Shown here: piece by piece, positions 33,502 through 43,277 of the stretch
Layout of the letters: every line of letters starts with the position of its first letter
How positions within the stretch are numbered: position 1 is the first letter of the stretch
From: an uncultured Gemmataceae bacterium
GTDB taxonomy: Bacteria > Planctomycetota > Planctomycetia > Gemmatales > Gemmataceae
Assembly: GCA_963750165.1 (NCBI GenBank)
Contig: CAVVPN010000012.1
Coordinates: 256,001 to 320,000, forward strand
DNA length: 64,000 nt
Direction: 5' to 3'
Notes under the pieces: model-generated
What the model saw: the letters and a program-made list of their open reading frames with translations, nothing else
Told to the model about the DNA's origin: nothing
Database searches by the model: none
Translations under genes and position numbers: made by a program

Positions 33502-34377
33502 CTACGGTCGCTCCGGGCGTTCGCCCAGGAACGTCGCCAGCCCCCGCCGCGACGCCTGGCGGTACACCGGCTCCAGCGCGTCCAGGAACGGCTCCGTGCC
33601 GCGCCAGAACGGAAAGCCGCCCAACCGCTTCGGCAGCCCCGCCGCCACCGGCGCCAGCTCCACGTCGCCGTAGAAATCGGCCGGCAACTCCCCCATCGAC
33701 CAAAACGCCTTCGGGTCCGCCGGCAACGGCTCCCCGGCCGCCACTGCCTTCGCCGCGGTCTTGCCGGACGGTGTCGCCTTGGCGCCGGCGGTGCCGAGTC
33801 GGGCGCACAACTCCTCACGGTCCAGGCCGCGCAGCCGCATCAGCAGGAACGGGTCGCGGTCAAACTCCTCCGCCAGCAGGTAATAGACCGCCGCGATGTG
33901 CTTGCACGGGTTGGAATAGTCCGGACAGGAACACGATGTCTTCAGATCGCCCGACCGCCGCGGAAACAGCGACAGCCCGGCGTCCTCGAAGACCTTTTCG
34001 ATCTCCTCCGGCATCTCGCCGGCCAGGAGCTTGGCGACGAACAGCGCTTCGCCGGCCAGGTCCGCGGTCACGCGCGCCCAGTCCTTTTTCGACAGCTCCT
34101 GTAGCTGTATGGTCACAGCGTACGGCTGCGGCCGCGAGCCCTGCACCTTCGCCTTGACCTCGCCCTTGGCGATGTCGATGGACAGCACCTGGCCGCCGCG
34201 AGCGTAGGAGCGGCCGCGCTGCAGGCGGGCGCCGATGTCAAAACTTTCCAGCACCTCGACCCAGCGCCGGCCCCACCAGGTGGCGCCGAACTGGCCGCGC
34301 TTCGACTGCGCCTTGATGCCGCCCTTGGCCTGGCGCGGTTTCGATTTCGGGAACCGATAAAAATCGCGATACCACAT
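33502..34377 (-). CDS. SWIM zinc finger protein (partner of SNF2)
   Basis: RLQRGRSYARGGQV, VQGSR..PY, CSCPDYSNPCKHIAAV. Confidence 0.92.
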   Translation of the reverse strand: MWYRDFYRFPKSKPRQAKGGIKAQSKRGQFGATWWGRRWVEVLESFDIGARLQRGRSYARGGQVLSIDIAKGEVKAKVQGSRPQPYAVTIQLQELSKKDWARVTADLAGEALFVAKLLAGEMPEEIEKVFEDAGLSLFPRRSGDLKTSCSCPDYSNPCKHIAAVYYLLAEEFDRDPFLLMRLRGLDREELCARLGTAGAKATPSGKTAAKAVAAGEPLPADPKAFWSMGELPADFYGDVELAPVAAGLPKRLGGFPFWRGTEPFLDALEPVYRQASRRGLATFLGERPERP

Positions 34378-34379
34378 CG

Positions 34380-37300
34380 TTATTCTCCGATGGCCTCCTG
34401 CCGCAGGGTGAGCAGGTCCTTGAGTTGTTCATTGGACAGTTCCGTCAACCACGCCTCGCCCGTGCCGACCACGCGCTCGGCCACTTCCTTTTTCCGCTCC
34501 AGCATCTCGTCGATCTTCTCTTCCAGCGTACCAACGCACAGGAACTTGTGGACCTGCAAGTTCCGCGTCTGGCCGATGCGGAAGGCGCGGTCGGTCGCCT
34601 GGTTCTCCACGGCGGGGTTCCACCAGCGGTCGAAGTGGAAGACATGGTTGGCGGCGGTCAGGTTGAGGCCGGTGCCACCCGCCTTGAGCGACAGCAGGAA
34701 CAACCGCGGCCCGGCGCCGGCGGCCTGGAAGCGCGCCACCAGCTGGTCGCGCTGCTTGCGCGGCACGCCGCCGTGCAGGAACAGCACCTCACGGCCGAAC
34801 GTCTCCTGCAAATGCTTGCGGATGATGTCGCCCATCTCGGTGAACTGCGTGAAGATCAGCGCCCGGTCGTCCGGCGTTTGCAGCATCTCGTCGAGCATTT
34901 CCGTCAGGCGGGCCAGCTTGCCCGAGCGGCCCGCGGCGGGCGAGTGGTCGCCGAGGAACTGCGCCGGGTGGTTGCACACCTGCTTCAGCTTCGACAGCGT
35001 CCCCAGGATCACGCCCTTGCGCTGGATGCCCTCCGTGCCCTTCAGGCCCCGGTCCAGGTCCGCCACCACTGCGGCGTACAGCGACGCCTGCTCCTTCGTC
35101 AGATTGCAGTAGACCTTCATTTCCTGCTTGTCGGGCAGGTCGGCGATCACCGCCTTGTCGGTCTTGAGGCGGCGGAGCAGGAACAGGCCGGTCAGCTTCT
35201 GCAACCGCCCGGCCGCCGTGGGGTCGTGCTGCACCTGGATGGGGATGAAGAACGACCGGCGGAACTCGCTCTGGCTGCCCAGGAAGCCGGGGTTGAGAAA
35301 TTGCCAGATCGACCACAGATCGCCGACGTGGTTCTCGACTGGCGTGCCGGTCAGCGCGACGCGGAAGTCCGCCGTCAGGCTGCGAGCCGCCTGTGCCTGC
35401 TTCGTCTCTGGATTCTTGATGTTCTGGGCCTCGTCGAGGATTACGCCGGCCCATTTCACGCCCTGGAACAGCGCCGCGTCGCGGTGCAGCAGGGCGTAAC
35501 TCGTCAGGACCAGGGCGTGCTGCCCGGCCGCCGCGGCGAAGGGGTCGCCGCGGGTGCGCTTCAGGCCGTGATGGATCAGCACCGGCAAATTGGGCGTGAA
35601 GCGCTCCGCCTCCTTCTTCCAGTTGCCGACGACCGACATGGGGCAGACCAGCAACGTCGGCCGCCGCCGACCGGCCTCCCAGTCGCGCTGGATCAGGGCC
35701 AGCGTCTGCACCGTTTTGCCCAGGCCCATGTCATCGGCCAGGCACGCGCCCAGGCCCCAGTCGTGCAGGAAATGCAACCACGAATAGCCGCGCACCTGGT
35801 AGGGCCGCAGGGTGCCGTGCAGTTCGGCCGGCGGCGCCAGTTCGGCGAACTTCGCCCGGCCCTCCAGTTTGGCGAGAAAATCCTCCACCCAGCCCGTGGC
35901 CGAGACGCCGGCGACCGACAGCCCGCCCGGAGCCGTCTTCGCCCCAAGCGCCATCTGCACCAGTTCCTTGAGCGTCGCCTGGCCGGACTCCTGCTTCTTC
36001 CAGAAGTCGAGGGCCGCCTGCAATTCCTCGGCGGACACCTGCACCCACTGGCCGCGCACCTGCACCAGCGGCACCTTCAAGCGGGCCAGCGCCTCCAGTT
36101 CCTTGAACGTCAGCGTGTGCTCGCCGAGCGCCACCTGCCATTCAAACTTGACCAGTTCTTCCAGCGTCAAGCCGCTGCCGCCCTGCATCGGCGGCCTCTT
36201 GACGTGAGCGCGGACGGCCAGCTTTTGCTTCGTGCCCTTGCCGGTCCACCACGCCGGCAACAGTACGCCGAAGCCGGCCTGCTCCAGCAGCCAGGCGGTT
36301 TCGGTCAGGAAGCGGTGGGCGCCCGCGGCGTCGGTGGTGAAGTCAGCCGGCGCCGCGCTCTTCAGGCTCGCCTCGATGCTGGGCGATAATCCCGCCGCCT
36401 GGCCGAGTGCCGTGAGCAAAAATTCGCGGGGCTGAAAGCCGTCGCGGCGCAGCACCGCGGCAGTGCGGCCGCGCGGCTCCAAGGCGTCGGCCACGGGGAT
36501 GAGCAGACTTAGATCGTCCTGGGCCTGGAGGAGATAGCGCACCGTCCAGGGAGTTTTTCCCGGCTCCGGGACCGTGAGTTCGCCGTTGGTCGGTGGTTCT
36601 TCGAGGCGAAAGCACAGGCGGAACGGGGCCTCGGCTGTGACCGCCGCGGGCCGCCGCCAGGTGTGGACCTGCTCGGCCAGGCCGGCCAGTTCGGAAGCGC
36701 CGCCGCTCAGCGTGCCGTCGCCACTGCGCAGGGCATGCAGCCACTGATCGTGGAGACTATCGAAGACGGCCGCCTTCTTGCCCGTGCGGCGTGGCGGGGC
36801 CGTTGGTGCGGCCGCCGGCGCGGTGGCGCGGACCAGGGCATCGACCATGACGCCGACGAACGCGGTGAGCACCGTGGTCGCCGGCGTATCCGGCGCCGCA
36901 TCGGCGGTCGATGACAGGGCGCGGCAGGCGCCGGGCATGGCGCGGGCCAGCTGGTTGAAGCGCTGGCGGTCGGCCCCGGCTGGCGCTGGCTTCCAGGCGG
37001 CGCGCCAGGTGTCCGCGATGGCATCCACATCCGGCAAAAATTCCTCCCGGGCGGCGAGAGCGCCGGCGAAGCGGAGCGCGGTGGCCCAGTACGCCAGCGT
37101 CGCGCCGACGAGGACGCCGGGGGCCAGGGCGGTGTGATCCAGGCAGGCGGACAGCAGATCGATGGCCTGGTGCGGCGACAGCGGCAGGGCGGTCAGTTGC
37201 CACGGAGCCAGGGCGGCGCCCTCGGCGGTCTGTTCGCCGATGAGCGGGTTGGAGGGAATCGGCCGCCCCTCGACGGTGGGCAGCCAGACGTTGAGCGCTT

Positions 37301-37511
37301 CGCCGGCCGCGAGTTTTTCTTTCCAGCCGGGGAGGGTGGTTTGCAGGACGGCGGCCAGTTCCTTCGGCGCGGCGGCGAAGGGCAGGGGTTGAATCTGCGG
37401 CACTTTTGGCGCCCGGCCGCGCTTCTTGACGGGTGGGCTCGCCGGGTCGGCGGACGCTTCGCCCCAGAGGAGGAAGCGGCCGTCGATCAGTCCGGCTTGC
37501 AGGATTAGCAT
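34380..37511 (-). CDS. SNF2-family (SWI2/SNF2) helicase/ATPase
   Basis: LRPYQ, LADDMGLGKT, DEAQNIKN, ALTGTPVEN, SGKL, LIFTQF, SLKAGGTGLNLT, DRWWNPAVENQATDRAFRIGQ. Confidence 0.96.
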   Translation of the reverse strand: MLILQAGLIDGRFLLWGEASADPASPPVKKRGRAPKVPQIQPLPFAAAPKELAAVLQTTLPGWKEKLAAGEALNVWLPTVEGRPIPSNPLIGEQTAEGAALAPWQLTALPLSPHQAIDLLSACLDHTALAPGVLVGATLAYWATALRFAGALAAREEFLPDVDAIADTWRAAWKPAPAGADRQRFNQLARAMPGACRALSSTADAAPDTPATTVLTAFVGVMVDALVRATAPAAAPTAPPRRTGKKAAVFDSLHDQWLHALRSGDGTLSGGASELAGLAEQVHTWRRPAAVTAEAPFRLCFRLEEPPTNGELTVPEPGKTPWTVRYLLQAQDDLSLLIPVADALEPRGRTAAVLRRDGFQPREFLLTALGQAAGLSPSIEASLKSAAPADFTTDAAGAHRFLTETAWLLEQAGFGVLLPAWWTGKGTKQKLAVRAHVKRPPMQGGSGLTLEELVKFEWQVALGEHTLTFKELEALARLKVPLVQVRGQWVQVSAEELQAALDFWKKQESGQATLKELVQMALGAKTAPGGLSVAGVSATGWVEDFLAKLEGRAKFAELAPPAELHGTLRPYQVRGYSWLHFLHDWGLGACLADDMGLGKTVQTLALIQRDWEAGRRRPTLLVCPMSVVGNWKKEAERFTPNLPVLIHHGLKRTRGDPFAAAAGQHALVLTSYALLHRDAALFQGVKWAGVILDEAQNIKNPETKQAQAARSLTADFRVALTGTPVENHVGDLWSIWQFLNPGFLGSQSEFRRSFFIPIQVQHDPTAAGRLQKLTGLFLLRRLKTDKAVIADLPDKQEMKVYCNLTKEQASLYAAVVADLDRGLKGTEGIQRKGVILGTLSKLKQVCNHPAQFLGDHSPAAGRSGKLARLTEMLDEMLQTPDDRALIFTQFTEMGDIIRKHLQETFGREVLFLHGGVPRKQRDQLVARFQAAGAGPRLFLLSLKAGGTGLNLTAANHVFHFDRWWNPAVENQATDRAFRIGQTRNLQVHKFLCVGTLEEKIDEMLERKKEVAERVVGTGEAWLTELSNEQLKDLLTLRQEAIGE

Positions 37512-37840
37512 GCTGTGGCCCCCGCGGTTAAATACACTTCGGCCACTTCGGTGTACACTTCCTCGCCTGGGCTTTTTTCAAATTTGATCTCGTACAATCT
37601 CCTGCCGCCCACCCCGAGGCCGCCGCGGTCCTCAACCACTCTCCCCGTGACCCAGCCGCTGCCAAAGGGGAAGGAGACGAGATCCCCGAACTTAGGAGGC
37701 GCCGAACAACAACTTCCAAGAGTAGGACGGCTCTCCAGAGCCGTCGGGACGGCTCTGGAGAGCCGTCCTACGAAGTTGTTGTTCGGCGCCTCCTTATACC
37801 GGGGCGGCGGCGGTTTCCCAGGTCTCTTGATCTTCACCAT
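37505..37840 (-). CDS. Small SH3/KOW-like beta protein carrying an in-frame MITE
   Basis: PPPRY[34-aa insert]FGDLVSFPFGSGWVTGRVVEDRGGLGVGGRRLY; paralog at 46623-46855; stop overlaps the SNF2 start. Confidence 0.7.
   Translation of the reverse strand: MVKIKRPGKPPPPRYKEAPNNNFVGRLSRAVPTALESRPTLGSCCSAPPKFGDLVSFPFGSGWVTGRVVEDRGGLGVGGRRLYEIKFEKSPGEEVYTEVAEVYLTAGATAC
37695..37793. mobile_element. 99-bp MITE with TTA target-site duplication
   Basis: TIR ggaggcgccgaacaacaactt / aagttgttgttcggcgcctcc, internal REP hairpin, tta on both sides; absent from the paralog. Confidence 0.85.
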
Positions 37841-37984
37841 GAGCAAATTCCCTCACCAGGGGTAATACCCCGTTCGCTGTCGCAGCAAGGGAGCCAAGGG
37901 AGCCAACGTTTGCACACATCGAGATGCGGCGCCCTGGCCGCGTGGGAGTGGCACGGCGCGACAACCAGCGGCGGCGGTTGCCAC

Positions 37985-38551
37985 AGCAAGGACGCCAAGA
38001 ACGCCAAGAACGCCAACTTTTTCATACGTCGAGATGCGGCGCCTGGCAGCGCCGGCCTGCCGTTTGTGGGCCACGCGACTGCGAACCGCGCTGGAGCACC
38101 CCGGCCTACTGCCTGGAAGTCAAGGACTCCCAGTCGGCCGAAATCGCCACCAATGGTCCCCTGGTTGGCGTTAGCGGTTCCACAGGCGATACGCTTGCGA
38201 CGGCAATAGGCAGACCTCGAACCGGTAACTCTACCCTGCGGTTACCGTACCTGGACCAATCGGGCGCGTCAACCCGGCGAACCCCCTCCCGCCCTGAGCG
38301 ACAGCAGGAACAGCCACAGCCCCGCGCTGGTGGTCTGGAGGCGTGGTCCGCGCTGTGTTCCGCTCGACGTGCGTGATGGATCATCTGCCAGCAAGTGATG
38401 GCCTGGTCTTCTGACCAAGCCACGCGGCCCGACCGAAGGTCTCCTCCGGGATGCCGGGGAGACCTTCGGTCGGGCACGCTGACACGGTCGGGAGACCGTG
38501 CCACAATGGGGTAAATGAACCTGACCCCTTTCTCCTCTGCTTTCTCCTCTC
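37985..38551. repeat. About 570-bp direct repeat, copy A (contains HEPN relic and REPs)
   Basis: Near-identical to 45976-46544 by manual alignment. Confidence 0.9.
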
Positions 38552-38768
38552 ACACTGCCGACTCCGCCCAGCGCGTATATGTCTCGAAATACACGAGAAA
38601 GTGCCGGTCGGCGTTGCGAGCGCGGAAGGCGCGGTCGGCCAGGCGCTCCGTCGTCTGTAACGTATCGCCGATCTGATCCAGTTTCTCCAACTGAATGCCC
38701 GCGAGCCGCATCAGGCCGTCGCCGGACAACCGCGTCACGATCTTGAAACCGGCATCAAAGTCCGCCAT
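38550..38768 (-). pseudogene. Rpn/YhgA-like (DUF4351-associated) N-terminal fragment
   Basis: MADFDAGFKIV...TTERLADRAF..VYFET; truncated exactly at the repeat boundary. Confidence 0.6.
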
Positions 38769-38911
38769 GTTCAGGCCCTGCCCGCGTGCAAGATGGAAGC
38801 AAGCGCACCCCCGCCAGCGCCGCCGGTTACAATGGCCCTGAGCGGCTTGCTGACGCCGTCTCTACAGGGTATCTTGAAACGAGTGCCTGCATCCACGGTG
38901 CGAGGTTTACC

Positions 38912-39238
38912 ATGAAGCAGATTGAATACGCCCCTGCCGTTGAGATGTCGATGAGTGCCCTCACCCCCGAGGGTGTCCGCAGGGTTCAGGCCTGGTTTGA
39001 CTACCTGCGGCGGTGGGACGAGGATGAAGTGGTGCGCAAAAACGCTCTGCCGCTACCCGGCCACGAAGGCGTCTACCTGCTGCTCACGACCACCGACCTC
39101 CGGATTTTCTTCCGCATCGACGGCGATACGATCACGGTCCTGGATGTCACCACGCAAGCGGTCATTAATGCTTCCGCGGGCATCAGCGTCGGCGGGTCGG
39201 CGGCTGTGGGCGTGGCCCCTGGCGAAACGAAGCCGTAA
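38912..39238 (+). CDS. RelE/ParE-like small protein
   Basis: GVYLLLTTTDLRIFFRIDGDTITVLDV C-terminal sheet pattern; GAGG RBS. Confidence 0.55.
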   Translation: MKQIEYAPAVEMSMSALTPEGVRRVQAWFDYLRRWDEDEVVRKNALPLPGHEGVYLLLTTTDLRIFFRIDGDTITVLDVTTQAVINASAGISVGGSAAVGVAPGETKP

Positions 39239-39254
39239 TGCACGGCAGAAGTCG

Positions 39255-40388
39255 TCAGTCAAACAGTATGCCCTGTACCGGGCGCATGTTGAGGCGAAGA
39301 AGTGGGTTGGACTTCTCGGCGAATTTCCCAACGGCTTCAATGCTACCCTGTAGCTTCAACTCACGAATCACTTCGTTAAGGTGCGTTGACAGCCATAGTT
39401 CTTCACGGAGTGCTTCGTTCAACTCCTTCCAATGCTTCGGGGCAGTCCTAAGTTTTTCCTTCACCCAGTCACGCAGAGGCGCCAAGTACGAATCGGACTC
39501 GATGAAGATCTGCTGGTCCGGGCCATCCGCCTTGCTAGCGTAGTAGCCGCCGTCGGGGCTCGCGTCCCAGATACACTTTTTCATCAGATCCCGACCGGCG
39601 TCGTGGTTCGTGAGGTGCAAAAGGAAGTACCGAATTCGGTTGTTGTCGAGCATGCGAATGTGCGTGCCCCATTCCGCACTGGTCATCTTGCGGAACAGGT
39701 CGGCGCACTGCTCGGCGCGGTCGTCCGAGTCTTCGGCGTCGATCTTCATCCAGCCGTCCCCGTCGAAGATGCTGGTCAAGATCGGCACCTGCGATGGATC
39801 GCCCTTCAGGCTCTGCTGGATTGCCATGTCGAGTTCGCGCCAGATGACGTTCAGGAAAACTTCGACCTTGGGGTACTTCATGAGCTTGCGCAGGAGCTTC
39901 CCCGGCACCTTGAAGCCATACGGGTCGATGAAGTAAAAGCCGGGGGCGACGTTCTTGCCCTCCTGCTCGACGGCGGCGACTGCTTCCTCGACCAGTTGGA
40001 AGCAGTCGCCGTGAAACGTATCGACGGCGACGTTCTTCGGCAGGGTGTGAGCCGTCAGTTCTTGCTTCAGGGCCGCGACGTTCTGCTCGTCGCGCTCGAT
40101 GAAGTAAAACTGCACCTCCGTCTTCTGGAGGATGGAACCACGGGCGGCGTGGTCGAGCAAAGTCGTCAGGGCGACCAGTGGCGACCCGAGTTTGCCGCTT
40201 AGATGCTTTCCGCGCCCCGCGTGCGTGTCGATGTACAGCAGGCGGCTGCACCCGTTCGCCCCGAGGGACATCTTGGGGAGCCACCCGTTCAGGTAACCCC
40301 TGATGAGTTCGTGCTTTATTTTCTGGAGGTTGGTATACTCCCGCCAGTATTTTGGGTTTTGGTCTGCTTGGATGATCATCCTCATCAC
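39255..40388 (-). CDS. tcmP: Three-Cys-motif partner protein TcmP (methyltransferase-like)
   Basis: KHELIRGYL..W, YIDTHAGRG, GSP, FIE, FIDPYG, EVFLN; directly downstream of DUF5131. Confidence 0.85.
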   Translation of the reverse strand: MMRMIIQADQNPKYWREYTNLQKIKHELIRGYLNGWLPKMSLGANGCSRLLYIDTHAGRGKHLSGKLGSPLVALTTLLDHAARGSILQKTEVQFYFIERDEQNVAALKQELTAHTLPKNVAVDTFHGDCFQLVEEAVAAVEQEGKNVAPGFYFIDPYGFKVPGKLLRKLMKYPKVEVFLNVIWRELDMAIQQSLKGDPSQVPILTSIFDGDGWMKIDAEDSDDRAEQCADLFRKMTSAEWGTHIRMLDNNRIRYFLLHLTNHDAGRDLMKKCIWDASPDGGYYASKADGPDQQIFIESDSYLAPLRDWVKEKLRTAPKHWKELNEALREELWLSTHLNEVIRELKLQGSIEAVGKFAEKSNPLLRLNMRPVQGILFD

Positions 40389-40415
40389 CGATGTTTGCCT
40401 TGTCCGGCCCGGCGC

Positions 40416-41471
40416 TCACCCCGCACCGTTCCGCTCGTTGCCCCTGCGTGTCTTCCATGCTTTTTTCGCAGCCTCGCTCCTCTTCTTCTCCAGTTCCTTG
40501 CGTCTCCGGGTTTCCCATGCCTTGAGGGCGGCCAACCGCCCCTTGCTTGGGACTTCAACAACTTCAAGAGGCGTCCGGGTGACGGTCTCCGCAAACAGGG
40601 GAAATTCCGCCTGTTGCACCTTAGCCACTGCGCGCCGCGGCATCTCCCGCACCCGGACCTGCGTGGGCCACTCGCTCCAGTCCCCAGCGTGGCTGTCGCG
40701 GAAGCGGAGATTCTGCCCCTTGGAGAAAACCGCGCTCCCAAGTTGCTTTAGGAAGAAGGCCAAGCCGACTTCCTTGCACTGGCCGATCAAGTCCACGGCC
40801 CATTCCAGTTGGAAGGAGCGGGCGGACCGGCCCGACTCACCGCCTTGAATGACCCAGTCTAGACCGGGCAACCACTCGCCGAGTGCCATTGCCTCACGCT
40901 GCGGCTCCACTGACAAAAACCTTATTGTGTCATCGTCTCCGACGCGCAGCAAGTGTTTGATGCGGCTGGTCGTGGCCATCGTGGTAATACTCGTCCCAGC
41001 CCACAGGTTCTTGGGCCATCCGACGCCTTTCTCCTTCAGCGCTTCGCAGAACTGGGCCATGCGGTCGGCGCGCTTCGTCAGCCACAGCCAGTAGTGTCGT
41101 CGGCCGCTCAGCGAGGTCACATTGGCGATGATCTCTTGCTCAAGGAAGTCGAAAGGAACAGCGGCCGAGAGGGCATCCGACATGTCTGAGACAAAGATTA
41201 GTCGCGGCAAGCCGTCCAACCACGGTTTGTCCTTCCGGGATGTGCCCGTCAGATCAGTCCACCGTGCCGCCATCGCCATACGGCCAGGCCAGCGGGTCAG
41301 TTCCTCAAAAGTTGGCGAGAACCCCTTCGTCACACCGCCGTAGCGCTGGTGCAGCACCCCGGCATAGCACGACCTCTCTCCGGTCTTCGTGTTCCAGAGT
41401 TCACACCCCTCGCAGCCCATTGTCGGGTTGCAAGTGCTGTCGCACCACTGGATTTTGGTCGAGCTACTCAT
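40416..41471 (-). CDS. DUF5131 family (phage Gp37/Gp68-like, three-Cys motif) protein
   Basis: TKIQWCDSTCNPTMGCEGC...CYA, IFVSDMSD, LTKR, RFLSVEP, DWVIQGGESG, FFLKQLG. Confidence 0.9.
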   Translation of the reverse strand: MSSSTKIQWCDSTCNPTMGCEGCELWNTKTGERSCYAGVLHQRYGGVTKGFSPTFEELTRWPGRMAMAARWTDLTGTSRKDKPWLDGLPRLIFVSDMSDALSAAVPFDFLEQEIIANVTSLSGRRHYWLWLTKRADRMAQFCEALKEKGVGWPKNLWAGTSITTMATTSRIKHLLRVGDDDTIRFLSVEPQREAMALGEWLPGLDWVIQGGESGRSARSFQLEWAVDLIGQCKEVGLAFFLKQLGSAVFSKGQNLRFRDSHAGDWSEWPTQVRVREMPRRAVAKVQQAEFPLFAETVTRTPLEVVEVPSKGRLAALKAWETRRRKELEKKRSEAAKKAWKTRRGNERNGAG

Positions 41472-42081
41472 GCAGTGGTCCCATTTCCACACCGACTCCC
41501 TTCTATTTTTCTTATCACAAAACCATTCGTTTGTATGCTTTTAGCGAGCACAAGTCTAGGTCAGTAGGACATTTCTGTCGAATACGCGAACTGGAGGTGC
41601 TGACGATCGACGGCGCACGGTTGCACGAGGCCGCCAAGCCGATCAAGGACGGCAAGGTGCTGTTCAACGAGGAGTGGAAAATGGGGACGCTTCTCGCAAC
41701 CATCCGGCGACAAAGACAAAGCGTCATAAATCGCCCACGCCGCCCTGTGCTGCTTTGTGGTCAGGCCAAGGCTCAAGTGGCACATGACAGGGGCTCCCGC
41801 GCACGATGAACCCCTTGAGCCTCTTGCTCGGCGTGGCAGCGGCAGCCCCGGCCCGGCACTCGCTCCTTGCCCCCCGCTGGCACGCCGCCGGCGTGAGCGT
41901 CTTGAGCGCCTTGCGCAGACCGGCACCACCGGACACCGCCTTCGGCCGTTTCTCGGGGCCTGCGGTCTCAAACTCCGTCATACCCCGATCCTTTACACAC
42001 AACGAACGCAAGAAAACGCTCCTTCCTGTTGTCGCCGATGGTTACAATAACCCCACGGACAAACGCAAAGGAGCAGGACCC

Positions 42082-42291
42082 ATGCCTGAAACCACTCTCG
42101 AACAGCGAATGACGGTGCTGGAACAAACCGTGCGCGAACTGCAAGCGGCGCTCCACGCACGCCAGCCGGCCCCGGATTGGCTGGACCGCGTGATCGGTTC
42201 CATGAAGGACGAACCGGCCTTTGACGAAGTGCTGGCGCTCGGCCGCGCCATCCGCCAAGCAGACCAACCGGCCGAGGTTCCAATGCCATGA
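42082..42291 (+). CDS. Putative antitoxin (VapB-like)
   Basis: 69 aa, DWLDRVIGSMKDEPAFDEVLALGRAIR; ATGA overlap with the PIN gene. Confidence 0.75.
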   Translation: MPETTLEQRMTVLEQTVRELQAALHARQPAPDWLDRVIGSMKDEPAFDEVLALGRAIRQADQPAEVPMP

Positions 42292-42716
42292 AGTTCCTCC
42301 TGGATACCGATCACATCAGTATCCTGCAAAAGCAATCGGGCTCGGAGTACGCCGCGTTGATGGCACGCATCGCCCAGGTGCGGCGTACCGATTTGGCATG
42401 CTGTATCGTCAGTTTTCACGAACAAGTCCTCGGCTGCAATGCGTATCTCGCGCAAGTCAGGACCTCTGCCGATGTCGAGCGCGGCTATCGGATGTTTGAT
42501 CGCGTACTGTCGGCGTTCGCGGCGGCGCAGGTGTTGCCCTTCGACGGCCAGGCCGCGCTGGTTTTCGACGGCCTGGTGGCGCAACGGGTGCGCATCGCGA
42601 CCATGGACCTACGCATTGCCGCCATTGCGTTGAGCCAGGGATTGACCGTGTTGACACGCAATGCACGCGATTTCGGCAAAGTTCCCGGATTGGTCATCGA
42701 CGATTGGACGATTTGA
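42288..42716 (+). CDS. vapC: VapC/PIN-domain toxin
   Basis: FLLDTDHIS, SFHEQ, MDLRIAAIAL, LTRNARDF..VPGL. Confidence 0.9.
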   Translation: MKFLLDTDHISILQKQSGSEYAALMARIAQVRRTDLACCIVSFHEQVLGCNAYLAQVRTSADVERGYRMFDRVLSAFAAAQVLPFDGQAALVFDGLVAQRVRIATMDLRIAAIALSQGLTVLTRNARDFGKVPGLVIDDWTI

Positions 42717-43048
42717 CTAGCGTGCGGTTCGCGGTGGTCAAGGCAAGGCGCTCAATGCCGGGGCCCCCGTGCACGATGAACCCCTTGAACCCCTTGCTCG
42801 GCGTGGCAGCGGCAGCCCCGGCCCGGCACTCGCTCCTTGCCGCCCGCTGGCACGCCGCTGGCGTGAGCGTGCTGCACAAACCCGAGGGCGTGTTGCTGCC
42901 GAACTGGCAGATCGCGCTGCGCCACCAGTTCCGGCCGCGAGCAGCCGCCAGCACCACCTTGACGGAGCGTATTGTTCCTGTCGCGCCGCCCGGTATCCTG
43001 AACCACAGCGCGTGACGGCGGTGAACCGATTCCCTGGGCGGAAGATCG

Positions 43049-43192
43049 ATGGCTGTTCTGGATCACTGGCACCCGATGTTGCCGAGCAACAAACTGCGGC
43101 GCGCGCCGGTCGGCGTCCGCCTGGGCGGCGCGGACCTGGTGCTGTTCCGCGGCGCGGGCGGACAGGCCGGCGCCCTGGACGACGTGTGCCCG
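43049..43192 (+). pseudogene. Rieske-domain oxygenase N-terminal fragment
   Basis: DHWHP...PVGVRLGGADLVLFRG..G.AGALDDVCP stops at the first Rieske Cys. Confidence 0.7.
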
Positions 43193-43277
43193 CTGCTGGT
43201 GTTCACGGTGCGCGGGGTGGAGCAGTACGTCGTCACCCCGGCGGCCGCGGTCCAGCTGCCGCCGGGGTGACGGCCGA

